From positions 1-56,497 of IMG/VR virus record IMGVR_UViG_3300044535_001837: DNA of 56,497 nt; one strand, 5' to 3'. This stretch comes from a virus (Duplodnaviria > Caudoviricetes). Position numbers and translations under genes: made by a program. The notes under the pieces were generated by a model. That model did no database searches and was not told the DNA's origin. It saw only the letters and a program-made list of their open reading frames with translations. This document shows positions 45,541 through 56,130 of this stretch, in pieces. The stretch's first letter is position 1; every line of letters starts with the position of its first letter.

Positions 45541-45830
45541 GAGATCCTAAGGAAATAAAACTTAAGATAATTGAAGCAGGTCATCAGGCTGTAGAGCAGT
45601 TAATTAAGGTTGCTAAGGAAGCAATTATAAAGCACGAGGATGATGATGAGTTGTCTGCTGACAGATTAAAGAATGCTGCAGCTACAAAGAAGTTAGCCAT
45701 CTTTGATGCGTTTGAGATTCTAAATAGAATAGAGTCTGAACGTGAAGCTCTTGAGATGTTGGATAAAGGAGTGAACAGAACAGAAACCAAACAAGGATTT
45801 GCAGAGCGAAGGTCTATATCGAATCGTTAA
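45537..45830 (+). CDS. Putative terminase small subunit
   Basis: Helical 97-aa ORF directly upstream of, and overlapping, the large subunit. Confidence 0.5.
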   Translation: MRDPKEIKLKIIEAGHQAVEQLIKVAKEAIIKHEDDDELSADRLKNAAATKKLAIFDAFEILNRIESEREALEMLDKGVNRTETKQGFAERRSISNR

Positions 45831-48036
45831 GGACTATGTTCCTCAAAACGCTATCAGTAAAAAGAATGGCGGTAGATCATGGTTATATGGCTATAATGAG
45901 CAATATGACATGGTCGTTATATCTAGGACCGGTGAGATAGGTGATATCATAAATATCTCAGGACTTTATATTGCGTTACCTAAAGCACCTAAAGAGGTAT
46001 ATAAAAGATCAGATAAGACTTCAGAACAATATTGGGAAAGACATGACTTACCTAAAGAGCTGTCAAAGATACAGTCAATCTTCCATTGGAACGAGATGCC
46101 TGCTGAGTTTAAGGACAGGTGGGTAGACTATATTGAGACAGAGTTTGATAGACGTGAGGATGGGATGTGGTTCATGAACAATGGAGAACCAACATACATT
46201 ACAGGATCTCATTACATGTATCTTCAATGGTCAAGCATTGACGTAGGATATGCAGACTACCGTGAAGCAAACAGAATATTCTTTATATTTTGGGAAGCAT
46301 GTAGAGCTGATAGTAGATCCTTTGGTATGATATACCTAAAGATTAGACGTTCAGGATTCTCATTCATGTCATCGTCTGAATGCGTTAACATAGCCACTCT
46401 TGCTCGTGATTCTCGTGTTGGCATCTTATCAAAGACAGGTGCTGATGCTAAGAAGATGTTTACTGATAAAGTGGTACCAATAAATAGTAGACTACCATTC
46501 TTCTTTAGACCTATTATGGATGGTATGGATAAGCCAAAGACTGAGCTTGCGTACCGGGTACCTGCATCAAAGATTACAAAGAAGAACATGGCAACAGCTT
46601 CTGATAATGAAGTAATTGGTCTTGATACTACTATAGATTGGAAGAACACTGAAGAAAACTCTTATGATGGTGAGAAGCTATTGTTCTTAGCACATGACGA
46701 ATCTGCAAAGTGGGTAAAGCCAAATAACATTCTTAACAATTGGAGGGTAACCAAAACCTGTCTTAGAGTTGGTAGCAAGATCATTGGCAAATGCATGATG
46801 GGATCTACCTCTAATGCTCTAAGCAAAGGTGGTGATAACTATAAGAAACTATATGAAGACTCAAATGTACTTCAAAGAAATGCTAATGGTCAAACTAAGA
46901 GCGGTCTATACTCACTGTTTATTCCAATGGAATGGAACATGGAAGGATTCATTGATAGGTATGGTATGCCTGTATTTAGAAAACCTTCTACTCCTATCAT
47001 TGGTGTTGACAACCAAATGATAAAAAACGGTGCTATTGATTATTGGGAAGCTGAGGTTGACTCATTGAAGAATGATGCCGATGCACTCAATGAGTTTTAT
47101 AGACAGTTCCCTAGAACAGAGAGTCATGCTTTCCGTGATGAGAGCAAGTCATCTATATTTAACTTGACAAAGATCTATCAGCAAATAGACTATAATGATT
47201 CAAACATAGAAGGTCAACTAATAACACGTGGATCCTTTCATTGGAGAGATGGTGAGAAGGATGGTAAAGTTATATGGACACCTGATCAACGTGGTAGGTT
47301 TTTGATAAGTTGGTTTCCCCCACCACATATGCAGAACAATGTATCTACAAGGAATGGTGTGAAGTATCCGGGGAATGAACACCTAGGGTCATTCGGATGT
47401 GACCCTTATGATATATCAGCAGTTGTAGGTGGACGTGGATCTAATGGTTCGTTACATGGTATGACTAAGTACCACATGGATGATGCTCCTGTAAATCAAT
47501 TCTTCTTAGAGTATATTGCTAGACCACAAACAGCTGAGATATTCTTTGAGGATGTATTGATGGCATGTGTATTTTATGGAATGCCAATGCTTGCAGAGAA
47601 TAATAAAGCTCGTATATTATATCACTTTAAGAATAGAGGGTATAGAGCATTCTCATTGAATAGACCGGATAGAGTATTGAATAAGCTTAGTAAGACAGAA
47701 CGTGAGCTTGGAGGTATACCAAACTCTTCAGAAGAAGTTAAGCAGGCACATGCATCAGCTATTGAAACTTATATTGAAAAGTTTGTTGGGATTGATTCTA
47801 CAGGATCATATAGACCTACAGATGAAATAGGTAATATGCCATTCACTAGAACATTAGAAGATTGGGCTAAATTTGATATTAATGATAGAACTAAACACGA
47901 TGCTTCAATTAGTTCAGGATTAGCTATAATGGCAAATCAAAAGCACGTATATTTACCTGATAAAAAAGAGTCAAAAATTAGTGTTAGTTTTGCAAGGTAC
48001 ACTAATAGTGGAACAAGAAGTGAGCTTATTAGATGA
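45799..48036 (+). CDS. terL: Terminase large subunit
   Basis: Walker A-like KIRRSGFS, Walker B HDE, GST coupling motif, nuclease GCDPY and HDASISSG; upstream of the portal. The TTG start is uncertain. Confidence 0.85.
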   Translation: MQSEGLYRIVKDYVPQNAISKKNGGRSWLYGYNEQYDMVVISRTGEIGDIINISGLYIALPKAPKEVYKRSDKTSEQYWERHDLPKELSKIQSIFHWNEMPAEFKDRWVDYIETEFDRREDGMWFMNNGEPTYITGSHYMYLQWSSIDVGYADYREANRIFFIFWEACRADSRSFGMIYLKIRRSGFSFMSSSECVNIATLARDSRVGILSKTGADAKKMFTDKVVPINSRLPFFFRPIMDGMDKPKTELAYRVPASKITKKNMATASDNEVIGLDTTIDWKNTEENSYDGEKLLFLAHDESAKWVKPNNILNNWRVTKTCLRVGSKIIGKCMMGSTSNALSKGGDNYKKLYEDSNVLQRNANGQTKSGLYSLFIPMEWNMEGFIDRYGMPVFRKPSTPIIGVDNQMIKNGAIDYWEAEVDSLKNDADALNEFYRQFPRTESHAFRDESKSSIFNLTKIYQQIDYNDSNIEGQLITRGSFHWRDGEKDGKVIWTPDQRGRFLISWFPPPHMQNNVSTRNGVKYPGNEHLGSFGCDPYDISAVVGGRGSNGSLHGMTKYHMDDAPVNQFFLEYIARPQTAEIFFEDVLMACVFYGMPMLAENNKARILYHFKNRGYRAFSLNRPDRVLNKLSKTERELGGIPNSSEEVKQAHASAIETYIEKFVGIDSTGSYRPTDEIGNMPFTRTLEDWAKFDINDRTKHDASISSGLAIMANQKHVYLPDKKESKISVSFARYTNSGTRSELIR

Positions 48037-50468
48037 AAGATGTCGTAGTTAACATATCCGCAACAGGATTCCCAAGCCAATTTGTAACTGATGCAGAAAA
48101 AGCATCTGATGAATTTGGTCTACAGGTTGGTCAAGCAATTCAGTATGAATGGTTTAGAAAGGACGGCAATCAATGTCGTTACTATAACCAATGGAGAGAC
48201 TTTAATCGTCTTCGCCTTTATGCTCGTGGAGAACAATCTGTTCAGAAATATAAGAATGAGTTAGCTATTGATGGTGACTTGTCTTATCTAAATCTTGATT
48301 GGACTCCTGTACCTATTCTCCCAAAGTTTGTAGACATTGTCGTTAATGGCATGAATGACAGACTATTTAAGGTTAAGGCATATGCACAAGATGCAATGTC
48401 TCAGGCTAAGAGAAGTAAATATCAGGACATGATTGAAGGGCAGATGGCTGCCAAAGATGTATTAACTATTATACAAAATGAAACAGGCATTAATCCATTT
48501 ATTATGGAGCCTGATGAATTGCCAAACACTGATGAAGAACTGTCTCTATACATGCAGCTTAATTATAAGCCTGCAATTGAGATAGCTGAAGAAGAAGCAA
48601 TCAATACAATTTTTGATGAGAACCATTACCAAGATACACGTAAGCGTATTGACTATGACTTGACTGTAATTGGTATTGGTGTAGCAAAGCATGAGTTTTT
48701 ACCCGGTGCAGGAGTACAGGTATCTTATGTAGATCCTGCAAACATAGTATATAGCTATACTGAAGATCCTTATTTTCAAGATGTATTCTATTGGGGAGAA
48801 ATAAAGACTCTTCCTATTACTGAGCTTTTAAAGATTGATCCTACTCTTACTCGTGAGCAGATGCAAGAGATCTCTATGTATTCTCAGAGTTGGTATGACT
48901 ATTATAATGTAGCTCAGTTTTATGAGAACAGTTTGTTCTATAGAGATACATGTACTTTGCTATACTTCAATTATAAGACTACAAAGAAGATAGTATATAA
49001 GAAGAAGATTCTTGAAGGTGGATCCTCAAGAATGATTGAGAAGGATGATACATTTAATCCTCCTGTTGAAATGATGGAGGAAGGTCGATTCGAGAAAGTT
49101 GAAAAGACTATTGATGTATGGTATGATGGAGTAATGGTTATGGGCACTAACATCTTGCTTAAGTGGGAGATGGCAGAGAACATGGTTAGACCAAAGTCAG
49201 CATCGCAACATGCATTACCAAACTATGTAGCAGTAGCACCACGTATGTATAAGGGTGTGATTGAGTCATTGGTTAGAAGGATGATTCCTTTTGCTGACTT
49301 GATTCAACTTACTCATTTGAAGCTACAGCAAGTTATTGCTAGAACTGTACCTGATGGTGTATTCATTGATGCAGATGGATTGAATGAGGTTGACTTGGGA
49401 ACAGGTGCAAATTATAATCCTGAGGATGCACTAAGACTATACTTCCAAACAGGTAGTGTTATTGGTCGAAGCTATACTCAAGAAGGTGATTTTAATAATG
49501 CTAGAATTCCTATTCAACAGCTTACATCAAACTCAGGTGCATCTAAAACACAGATGCTATTAGCAAACTACAACCATTATCTTGATATGATTCGATCTGT
49601 AACCGGATTGAATGAAGTTAGAGATGGGTCTACTCCTGATCCAAATGCATTAGTTGGAGTTCAGAAGCTTGCTGCATTAAGTTCTAACACTGCTACAAGA
49701 CATATATTAGAAGGAGGTCTATTTATATATAGATCTCTATCTGAAGCACTAACATATCGTGTTGCTGATATTTTAGAATACGCAGACTTTAAAGATGATT
49801 TTGCCAATAAGATTGGTAAGTACAATGTATCTATACTTAATGAGATTAAGGATCTTTACATTTATGACTTTGGTATCTTTATTGAGATTTCTCCTGATGA
49901 AGAACAAAGAGCACAACTCGAAGCCAATATTCAAATTGCTCTTGCTAAAGGAGACATTAATCTTGAAGATGCAATTGACATCAGAGAAATTAAAAATCTT
50001 AAGCTTGCCAATCAATTATTGAAAGTCAAGAGAGTTAAGAAGCAAGATAGAGAAGAGAAGATGGCTATGCAAAAGCAGGCCATGATTGCTCAACAACAAA
50101 TTGAATCTCAACAAATGGCTTCAGAAGCTGCAGTTCAACAGATACAACTTGAGTCTCAATCTAAGATTCAAATGAAGCAAGCAGAAGTAGCATTTGAAAT
50201 TGAAAAATTAAAAGCCGAAGCTGAGTTAAAGAGAATGCTTATGGCTGAAGAATTTAGATATCAAATGCAAGTTGCCGGTGTTAAAGAAACTGCACTTGTT
50301 GATAGAGATATGATGAAAGAAAAATCTAAGGCTAAACGTATTAGTCAACAAAATACGGAGCAGTCTAAATTGATTAATCAAAGAAAGAATAATCTGCCAC
50401 CATTGAACTTTGAATCCAACGAAGATACTCTAGATGGATTTGATATGGCAGAGTTCGAACCGAGATAA
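48033..50468 (+). CDS. Portal protein (crAss-like size)
   Basis: 811 aa directly after terL; PILPKFVDIV motif and Gln-rich coiled-coil C-terminus. Confidence 0.8.
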   Translation: MKDVVVNISATGFPSQFVTDAEKASDEFGLQVGQAIQYEWFRKDGNQCRYYNQWRDFNRLRLYARGEQSVQKYKNELAIDGDLSYLNLDWTPVPILPKFVDIVVNGMNDRLFKVKAYAQDAMSQAKRSKYQDMIEGQMAAKDVLTIIQNETGINPFIMEPDELPNTDEELSLYMQLNYKPAIEIAEEEAINTIFDENHYQDTRKRIDYDLTVIGIGVAKHEFLPGAGVQVSYVDPANIVYSYTEDPYFQDVFYWGEIKTLPITELLKIDPTLTREQMQEISMYSQSWYDYYNVAQFYENSLFYRDTCTLLYFNYKTTKKIVYKKKILEGGSSRMIEKDDTFNPPVEMMEEGRFEKVEKTIDVWYDGVMVMGTNILLKWEMAENMVRPKSASQHALPNYVAVAPRMYKGVIESLVRRMIPFADLIQLTHLKLQQVIARTVPDGVFIDADGLNEVDLGTGANYNPEDALRLYFQTGSVIGRSYTQEGDFNNARIPIQQLTSNSGASKTQMLLANYNHYLDMIRSVTGLNEVRDGSTPDPNALVGVQKLAALSSNTATRHILEGGLFIYRSLSEALTYRVADILEYADFKDDFANKIGKYNVSILNEIKDLYIYDFGIFIEISPDEEQRAQLEANIQIALAKGDINLEDAIDIREIKNLKLANQLLKVKRVKKQDREEKMAMQKQAMIAQQQIESQQMASEAAVQQIQLESQSKIQMKQAEVAFEIEKLKAEAELKRMLMAEEFRYQMQVAGVKETALVDRDMMKEKSKAKRISQQNTEQSKLINQRKNNLPPLNFESNEDTLDGFDMAEFEPR

Positions 50469-50479
50469 AAAAAAATATA

Positions 50480-50487
50480 TAAATTTG
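50480..50487 (+). promoter_or_regulatory. -7 box TAAATTTG of the capsid operon
   Basis: TAnnTTTG, intergenic. Confidence 0.55.
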
Positions 50488-50507
50488 TAAATATAAAATC
50501 TAATTAA

Positions 50508-51611
50508 ATGGAAATTAAAGTAAGATCACTAGATGGTATTGAGCCAAAGAGCATGCAAGAAGTAGAAAAAGAACTTCTTGAAAAACATGAAAAAGAAATT
50601 AATGGCGAAATAGAAAGTGGAGTTGTTATTGATACAACTAATATTGATAATAATATTCAAGATACTCCTGCAGAAGAGCAGGAACTATCAGAGGAAAAAG
50701 TTCTTTCTTATATTGGTAAAAGGTATAATAAGCAGATCAATTCATTTGATGAGTTGATGGATCAAAGAGAAAGTAATGAAGAATTACCTGAAGATGTTGC
50801 TGCTTATTTAAAATATAAGAAGGATACAGGACGTGGATTTGATGACTTTCTAAATCTTAGAAAGGATTACGATGCTATGGACCCTGATAAACTTCTTAGA
50901 GAGTACCTTTTAGATACGCAAAAGAATCTTGATGATGAAGATATTGATGTCTTAATGGAGGAATATACCTACGATGAGGATCTCGATGAAGAGTCAAAGA
51001 TTAAGCGTACAAAGATTGCAAGAAAAAAGGCTATTGCGGAAGCGAAGAATTACTTTAATTCTCAGAAGGAAAAATATAAACTACCACTTGAGTCAAGTGG
51101 ATCAGGGTTATCCGAAAATGAGAAAGCTGAGTATGAGGCGTACCGACAATATATAAAGGAAGCTAAGACTTCACAGGAGGAGAACGATCGAAAGAGTAAA
51201 TGGTTTGAACAAAAAACGGACGATGTCTTTAGTAAAGACTTTAAGGGGTTTGAGTTTGACATTGACGAAAAGAAAGTTGTATTCACTCCTGCTTCTGCAG
51301 CTGAACTAAAAAAGATTCAATCAACACCAATGAACTTTATCAATAAGTTTTTGGATGATCAGGGTCTAATGAGTGATGCAGTAGGATACCATAAGTCATT
51401 AGCGATTGCAATGAACCCTGACAAATTTGCTAAGTTCTTTTATGAACAAGGTAAATCTGATGCCACTGACAGTGAATTACGTAAGATTAAAAACATAAAC
51501 ATGTCTGAGCGTAGAGCACCTGAAGTTACTAACAAGGGAGGATTACAGGTAAAGTCGGTGACACCTGACTCAGGAAAGAGTTTAAAGATCCGAAGCATTA
51601 AAAAAATATAA
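50508..51611 (+). CDS. Putative capsid scaffolding protein
   Basis: Acidic and helical, between the portal and capsid genes. Confidence 0.55.
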   Translation: MEIKVRSLDGIEPKSMQEVEKELLEKHEKEINGEIESGVVIDTTNIDNNIQDTPAEEQELSEEKVLSYIGKRYNKQINSFDELMDQRESNEELPEDVAAYLKYKKDTGRGFDDFLNLRKDYDAMDPDKLLREYLLDTQKNLDDEDIDVLMEEYTYDEDLDEESKIKRTKIARKKAIAEAKNYFNSQKEKYKLPLESSGSGLSENEKAEYEAYRQYIKEAKTSQEENDRKSKWFEQKTDDVFSKDFKGFEFDIDEKKVVFTPASAAELKKIQSTPMNFINKFLDDQGLMSDAVGYHKSLAIAMNPDKFAKFFYEQGKSDATDSELRKIKNINMSERRAPEVTNKGGLQVKSVTPDSGKSLKIRSIKKI

Positions 51612-51630
51612 AAACTAACTAAAAAAAACA

Positions 51631-53052
51631 ATGGCAATTTTGAACAACCCCGGTTATCAGCTTCAGCCAAGTGCTGAGCAGGTACCATTATCAACTAACT
51701 ACATTACCAACTTCAACTTCTTGAATCAGTATCTACCTGATACTTATGAGAAAGAATTTGAGCGTTATGGTAATCGTACTGTAGCATCTTTTCTTCGTAT
51801 GGTAGGTGCTGAAATGCCGTCCAACTCTGATATGATCAAGTGGGCCGAGCAAGGTCGTTTGCATACTAAGTATGTGAACTGCGATTCTTCTGCTGCTGCA
51901 GGAGCAGACACTGCTATTATCACTGTTAACGATTCTAACGTAAGTGGTATTGCTATTCGTGTTGGACAAACTGTATTCATTTCTGACAATGCTACAGGTC
52001 TTTCTAACAAGGGTATTGTTACTGCTGTTAACACTACTGCATCTACATTTGACGTAGCTTACTATGAAGGACCCGGACAGACTTTCTCAGGAACTGCTGT
52101 TCTTTCTGTATGGATCTATGGTTCTGAATTTAAGAAAGGTACTGCCGGAATGATCGGTTCTTTGGAAGCTGAAGATGAGATCTTCGACAACTCTCCAATC
52201 ATCATCAAAGACAAGTATGCTGTAAGTGGTTCTGACATGGCTCAGATTGGATGGGTAGAAGTAACTACCGAGAATGGTGCAACCGGATACCTTTGGTATT
52301 TGAAATCTGAGCACGAGACTCGTCTACGTTTCGAAGACTATCTTGAGACCGCAATGATTGAAGCAGTTCCTGCTGAATCAGGTTCAGGTGTAGCTACTCA
52401 AACTGCTAACTCTCAAGTTGGTAACAAAGGATCTGAAGGTGTATTCTATGTTGTTAACAACAGAGGTAACGTATGGGGTGGTGGTATCCCAACTACTCTT
52501 TCTGACTTTGATAGCATCATCTCTCGTCTTGATAAGCAGGGATCTATCGAAGAGAACGTAATCTTCGTTAACAGAGCATTCAGCTTTGACATCGATGATA
52601 TGTTGGCAGCTCAGAACAGCTACGGTGCAGGTGGTACTTCTTATGGTCTATTTGACAATGATAAGGACATGGCCTTGAATCTTGGATTCACCGGATTCCG
52701 TAGAGGTTATGACTTCTATAAGTCTGATTGGAAATACTTGAACGATCCTACTATGCGTGGTGGATTGCCAACAGGTGCACAAGCAGCCGGTACTGTAACA
52801 GGTCTATTGGTTCCTGCAGGTTCTACTACTGTATATGATCAGATCCTTGGTAAGAACGCTAAGAGACCATTCTTGCACGTTCGTTACAGAGCTTCTGAGA
52901 CTGAAGACAGACGTTACAAGACTTGGATCACAGGTTCTGCCGGTGGTGCACAGACTAGCGATCTCGATGCAATGGAGGTCAACTTCTTGTCTGAGCGTTG
53001 TGTATGTACCTTGGGTGCTAACAACTTCGTATTGTTCCGTTACGGATCATAA
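51631..53052 (+). CDS. Major capsid protein
   Basis: 473 aa, position in the module, codon bias typical of high expression, followed by a terminator. Confidence 0.8.
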   Translation: MAILNNPGYQLQPSAEQVPLSTNYITNFNFLNQYLPDTYEKEFERYGNRTVASFLRMVGAEMPSNSDMIKWAEQGRLHTKYVNCDSSAAAGADTAIITVNDSNVSGIAIRVGQTVFISDNATGLSNKGIVTAVNTTASTFDVAYYEGPGQTFSGTAVLSVWIYGSEFKKGTAGMIGSLEAEDEIFDNSPIIIKDKYAVSGSDMAQIGWVEVTTENGATGYLWYLKSEHETRLRFEDYLETAMIEAVPAESGSGVATQTANSQVGNKGSEGVFYVVNNRGNVWGGGIPTTLSDFDSIISRLDKQGSIEENVIFVNRAFSFDIDDMLAAQNSYGAGGTSYGLFDNDKDMALNLGFTGFRRGYDFYKSDWKYLNDPTMRGGLPTGAQAAGTVTGLLVPAGSTTVYDQILGKNAKRPFLHVRYRASETEDRRYKTWITGSAGGAQTSDLDAMEVNFLSERCVCTLGANNFVLFRYGS

Positions 53053-53065
53053 TTTAAAAAAAAAA

Positions 53066-53095
53066 TGGAGGGGCCTATTGGCTCCTCCTTTAACC
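53066..53095 (+). terminator. Terminator after the capsid gene
   Basis: GGAGGGGCC/GGCTCCTCC stem followed by Ts. Confidence 0.65.
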
Positions 53096-53112
53096 TTTAA
53101 ACAAAAAAGACA

Positions 53113-53562
53113 ATGGCAATTGGATTAGGTCCCGGTAAAGGGAAAAAGAAACAAGCTTCTAAGCCTTTAAAAGCTTATAGTAAAGATGGGCAAATGGTTG
53201 CTGCTCAGGGTTATGCAATGGGAACTATCCCAAAGAAAGATGGTAAGACTCATAAAATGCTTCAGTCAAAGTATGGAACTTCAATGGTTCCAAGTGGAAT
53301 TATCGGTCCAAAACCATTAGGCCCCGGAGGAAAAGCTGCTGCTGCTCCTGCTAAGAAAGGTCCTAGTGTAGCGAAAAAGGTAGTTAAAAAAGTAGGACAG
53401 GCTGTTACTGACGTTAAAAATGCTGTAGATTTAGCTAAACGTAAAAGAATCGCTACTTCTGCTTATAGAGGAGGAAGAGGATTAGGCATTGGTAGAGCTT
53501 TGCAAAGAGTAGGCGAAACTTGTGCTGCTTATGCAGGATATCCTGCGAGAAGACGTAGATAA
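53113..53562 (+). CDS. Basic K/G/A-rich low-complexity protein
   Basis: PAKK-like segments; lies between two terminators. Confidence 0.6.
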   Translation: MAIGLGPGKGKKKQASKPLKAYSKDGQMVAAQGYAMGTIPKKDGKTHKMLQSKYGTSMVPSGIIGPKPLGPGGKAAAAPAKKGPSVAKKVVKKVGQAVTDVKNAVDLAKRKRIATSAYRGGRGLGIGRALQRVGETCAAYAGYPARRRR

Positions 53563-53573
53563 AATAAGTTACT

Positions 53574-53603
53574 GAGGGGATCAGTTTAGATCCCCTCTAT
53601 TTT
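53574..53603 (+). terminator. Intrinsic terminator
   Basis: GAGGGGATC/GATCCCCTC stem plus T-rich tail. Confidence 0.7.
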
Positions 53604-53628
53604 AAATCTTTAAATTAAATTATATCAA

Positions 53629-54378
53629 ATGAAAAACAAGTTAATCCCAACAGACAAAATCTATAAGCTTAAAGGTAACTCAGCTCCTTTATCTTATACT
53701 ATCCCATCACGTAATACCAAGAGATATCCATTGCTTTGGTTTGATGAGGTCAACAATGTTAATCGTGTACTGAGATATGCCATCAATCAAAAGTCACCTT
53801 TTGAGGATGAACAAGATGGTAATGCAATTGTAGAGCCAATCGTATTTGAGAATGGGTTCTTATCAGTACCAAAAAATAATCCTGTATTACAACAATTCCT
53901 ACATTATCACCCTCTCAATGGGAGAACTTTTATTGAGGTTGATTTTGAGAAAGATGCTGCTGAAGAAGTTGAGATTCTTAATGATGAAGTAGATGCATTA
54001 ATTCAGGCTAGACAATTAAGTATTGAACAACTTGAAACTGCTACAAGAGTTTTATTTGGAAAAGATCCATCTAAATCTACAACAGCAGAACTAAAGAGAG
54101 ATGTTCTAATATATGCTAAGAGAGATCCACATGGATTTTTGAATATGCTAAATGATCCTATGTTGAAGTTACAGTCAGATGTGCATGTATTCTTCGAGAA
54201 TAAACTATTGGCATTTAGAAATGGACAGAAGGAAGTTTGGTTTAATACGTCTTCTAATAAGAAAAAGATGTTATCAGTACCTTACGGAGAAGATCCATAT
54301 TTCTGTGTGGCTGAATATTTAAAAACAGATGAAGGCATTACTGCTTTAAAAATGTTAGAAAATAATTTAGATTTGTAA
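53629..54378 (+). CDS. Conserved hypothetical protein of the head module
   Basis: 249-aa ORF between the capsid and ring genes. Confidence 0.65.
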   Translation: MKNKLIPTDKIYKLKGNSAPLSYTIPSRNTKRYPLLWFDEVNNVNRVLRYAINQKSPFEDEQDGNAIVEPIVFENGFLSVPKNNPVLQQFLHYHPLNGRTFIEVDFEKDAAEEVEILNDEVDALIQARQLSIEQLETATRVLFGKDPSKSTTAELKRDVLIYAKRDPHGFLNMLNDPMLKLQSDVHVFFENKLLAFRNGQKEVWFNTSSNKKKMLSVPYGEDPYFCVAEYLKTDEGITALKMLENNLDL

Positions 54379-54410
54379 TGTTATTTTTCATGGTTTAATA
54401 AATCAAAAAT

Positions 54411-54449
54411 GGGGGTGTAATAACACCCTCTTTTTTTTGTTTATATTTG
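54411..54449 (+). terminator. Terminator followed by -7 box TATATTTG (54442-54449)
   Basis: GGGTGT/ACACCC stem plus T8, then TAnnTTTG. Confidence 0.65.
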
Positions 54450-54462
54450 TAAAAAGAGAACG

Positions 54463-55203
54463 ATGATAAACTCAGTAAGAAACACCGTATTGGCAATTCT
54501 GAACAAGAATAATTACGGATATATTTCTCCTTCTGACTTTAACCTGTTTGCCAAGCAGGCTCAGTTAGAAATATTTGAGGAGTACTTTTCTGATTACAAT
54601 AAGATTTTAAATCTAGAGAATAGCAGGGTATCGGGTACTGACTATGCTGATCAAAAGAAAGCTTTAGAGGAAGCAATTGAAACATTTGCAACTACATCCA
54701 CTCTTGCTCAGGTAGCATCAGCATCAAATAGATATTATCTTCCTTCCGTAACTACTACAGGATTTGATTACTTTATGCTTAATAAGGTATTGTGCTATGA
54801 TGCATCAGTATCTCCTAGAGTATATAAGGGTGAAGCTGAGAAGGTTACACATGGTAAGATTACTATGCTAGTAAATTCTAACCTAACTGCTCCTACTGAA
54901 AACTATCCTGCATATACTCAATCAGGAAGTATACTTACTGTTTATCCTTCGACTATTAATTTAGCAAATGAGGTAGAGGCTGTATACTTTAGATACCCTA
55001 AGGATCCAAAGTGGACATACATTACTGTTGGTAATGGTAGTCCGGTATTTGATCAGTCTCAATCTGACTATCAAGATTTTGAGTTACCAATAGAAGATGA
55101 GATCAAATTAGTCAGTAAGATCCTTCAATATGCAGGAATGTCCATACGTGAAATTGAAGCTGTTCAATTTGCAAATCTTGAAGAACAAAAACAATCTGTA
55201 TAA
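54463..55203 (+). CDS. Head-tail adaptor/ring protein
   Basis: F...AQ.EIF, YFRYP.DP.W and FELP motifs; position matches crAss-like ring proteins. Confidence 0.55.
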   Translation: MINSVRNTVLAILNKNNYGYISPSDFNLFAKQAQLEIFEEYFSDYNKILNLENSRVSGTDYADQKKALEEAIETFATTSTLAQVASASNRYYLPSVTTTGFDYFMLNKVLCYDASVSPRVYKGEAEKVTHGKITMLVNSNLTAPTENYPAYTQSGSILTVYPSTINLANEVEAVYFRYPKDPKWTYITVGNGSPVFDQSQSDYQDFELPIEDEIKLVSKILQYAGMSIREIEAVQFANLEEQKQSV

Positions 55204-55205
55204 TC

Positions 55206-56129
55206 ATGACTTATATATCACAGTTACAGTATTATGAAAATGGAGGTCAAACTCCTAGAGATGCCAATTGGGGGTCTTACCAATATGTAAGTCTATACGA
55301 CATAGTTAATAATTTTTTGTTGATGTATTCAGGTAACCATTCCTTGGTTAACAATGAGGAAAGGTATAAGGTATTGTTCCATGCTAAGAGAGCTATACAG
55401 GAACTGAACTACGATGCATTCAAAGAGTTAAAGGTTCTAGAACTAACTGTAGATGATACACTTAGATATGTTCTCCCTTCTGATTATGTCAATTGGGTTA
55501 GAGTAAACCTATACAAGGATGGATACCTAAGACCTTTAACTGAGAACATTCAAGTTCTTTCTGCTAAGGCATACTTGCAGGACCAAACCGGTAAGATTTT
55601 ATTTGATGCTCAAGGAAATGTCTTGTCTCCTGAATACTCTGAGATTGATCTGCAAAGACTAGAAGGTACTAAGAAAAGTATTTACTTGAATCCTCAAAGT
55701 AATTATAATGGGCAAGAAGGGTGGAACTATGATGGTCAGTGGTTTTTCGACTATAGTCTTGGAGAAAGATATGGTCTTAATACAGAGACAGCAAACTTTA
55801 ATCCAACATTCAACATCGACAAAAAATCAGGGGTAATTGTTTTTAACTCAGATATGTATGGTCAATCCGTAATTCTTGAGTATATTTCTGATGGAATGGA
55901 GAACGGCAATGATGCTGCTGTCAGTGTAAATAAGCTTTTTGAAAAGTACATTTACGCTTATATTTCATATGAGATCTTAAACTCCAAGCTTGGTGTTCAA
56001 GAATATGTAGTAGTACGTGCACGTAAAGAGAAGCAGTCTCTTCTTAGAAATGCTAAAATTAGAATTAGTAACATTCATCCGGGAAGACTTTTGATGAACC
56101 TTCGTGGAATGGACAAGTGGTTGAAATAA
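55206..56129 (+). CDS. Second ring/tail tubular protein
   Basis: LPSDYVNWVR and ILEYISDG motifs; position in the module. Confidence 0.55.
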   Translation: MTYISQLQYYENGGQTPRDANWGSYQYVSLYDIVNNFLLMYSGNHSLVNNEERYKVLFHAKRAIQELNYDAFKELKVLELTVDDTLRYVLPSDYVNWVRVNLYKDGYLRPLTENIQVLSAKAYLQDQTGKILFDAQGNVLSPEYSEIDLQRLEGTKKSIYLNPQSNYNGQEGWNYDGQWFFDYSLGERYGLNTETANFNPTFNIDKKSGVIVFNSDMYGQSVILEYISDGMENGNDAAVSVNKLFEKYIYAYISYEILNSKLGVQEYVVVRARKEKQSLLRNAKIRISNIHPGRLLMNLRGMDKWLK

Positions 56130-56130
56130 T

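Noticed and set aside
52835-53128. Alternate-frame ORF across the capsid stop as a frameshifted capsid extension
   Set aside because: There is no clear slippery site before the stop (the A10 run lies after it), and the frame runs through a terminator hairpin.
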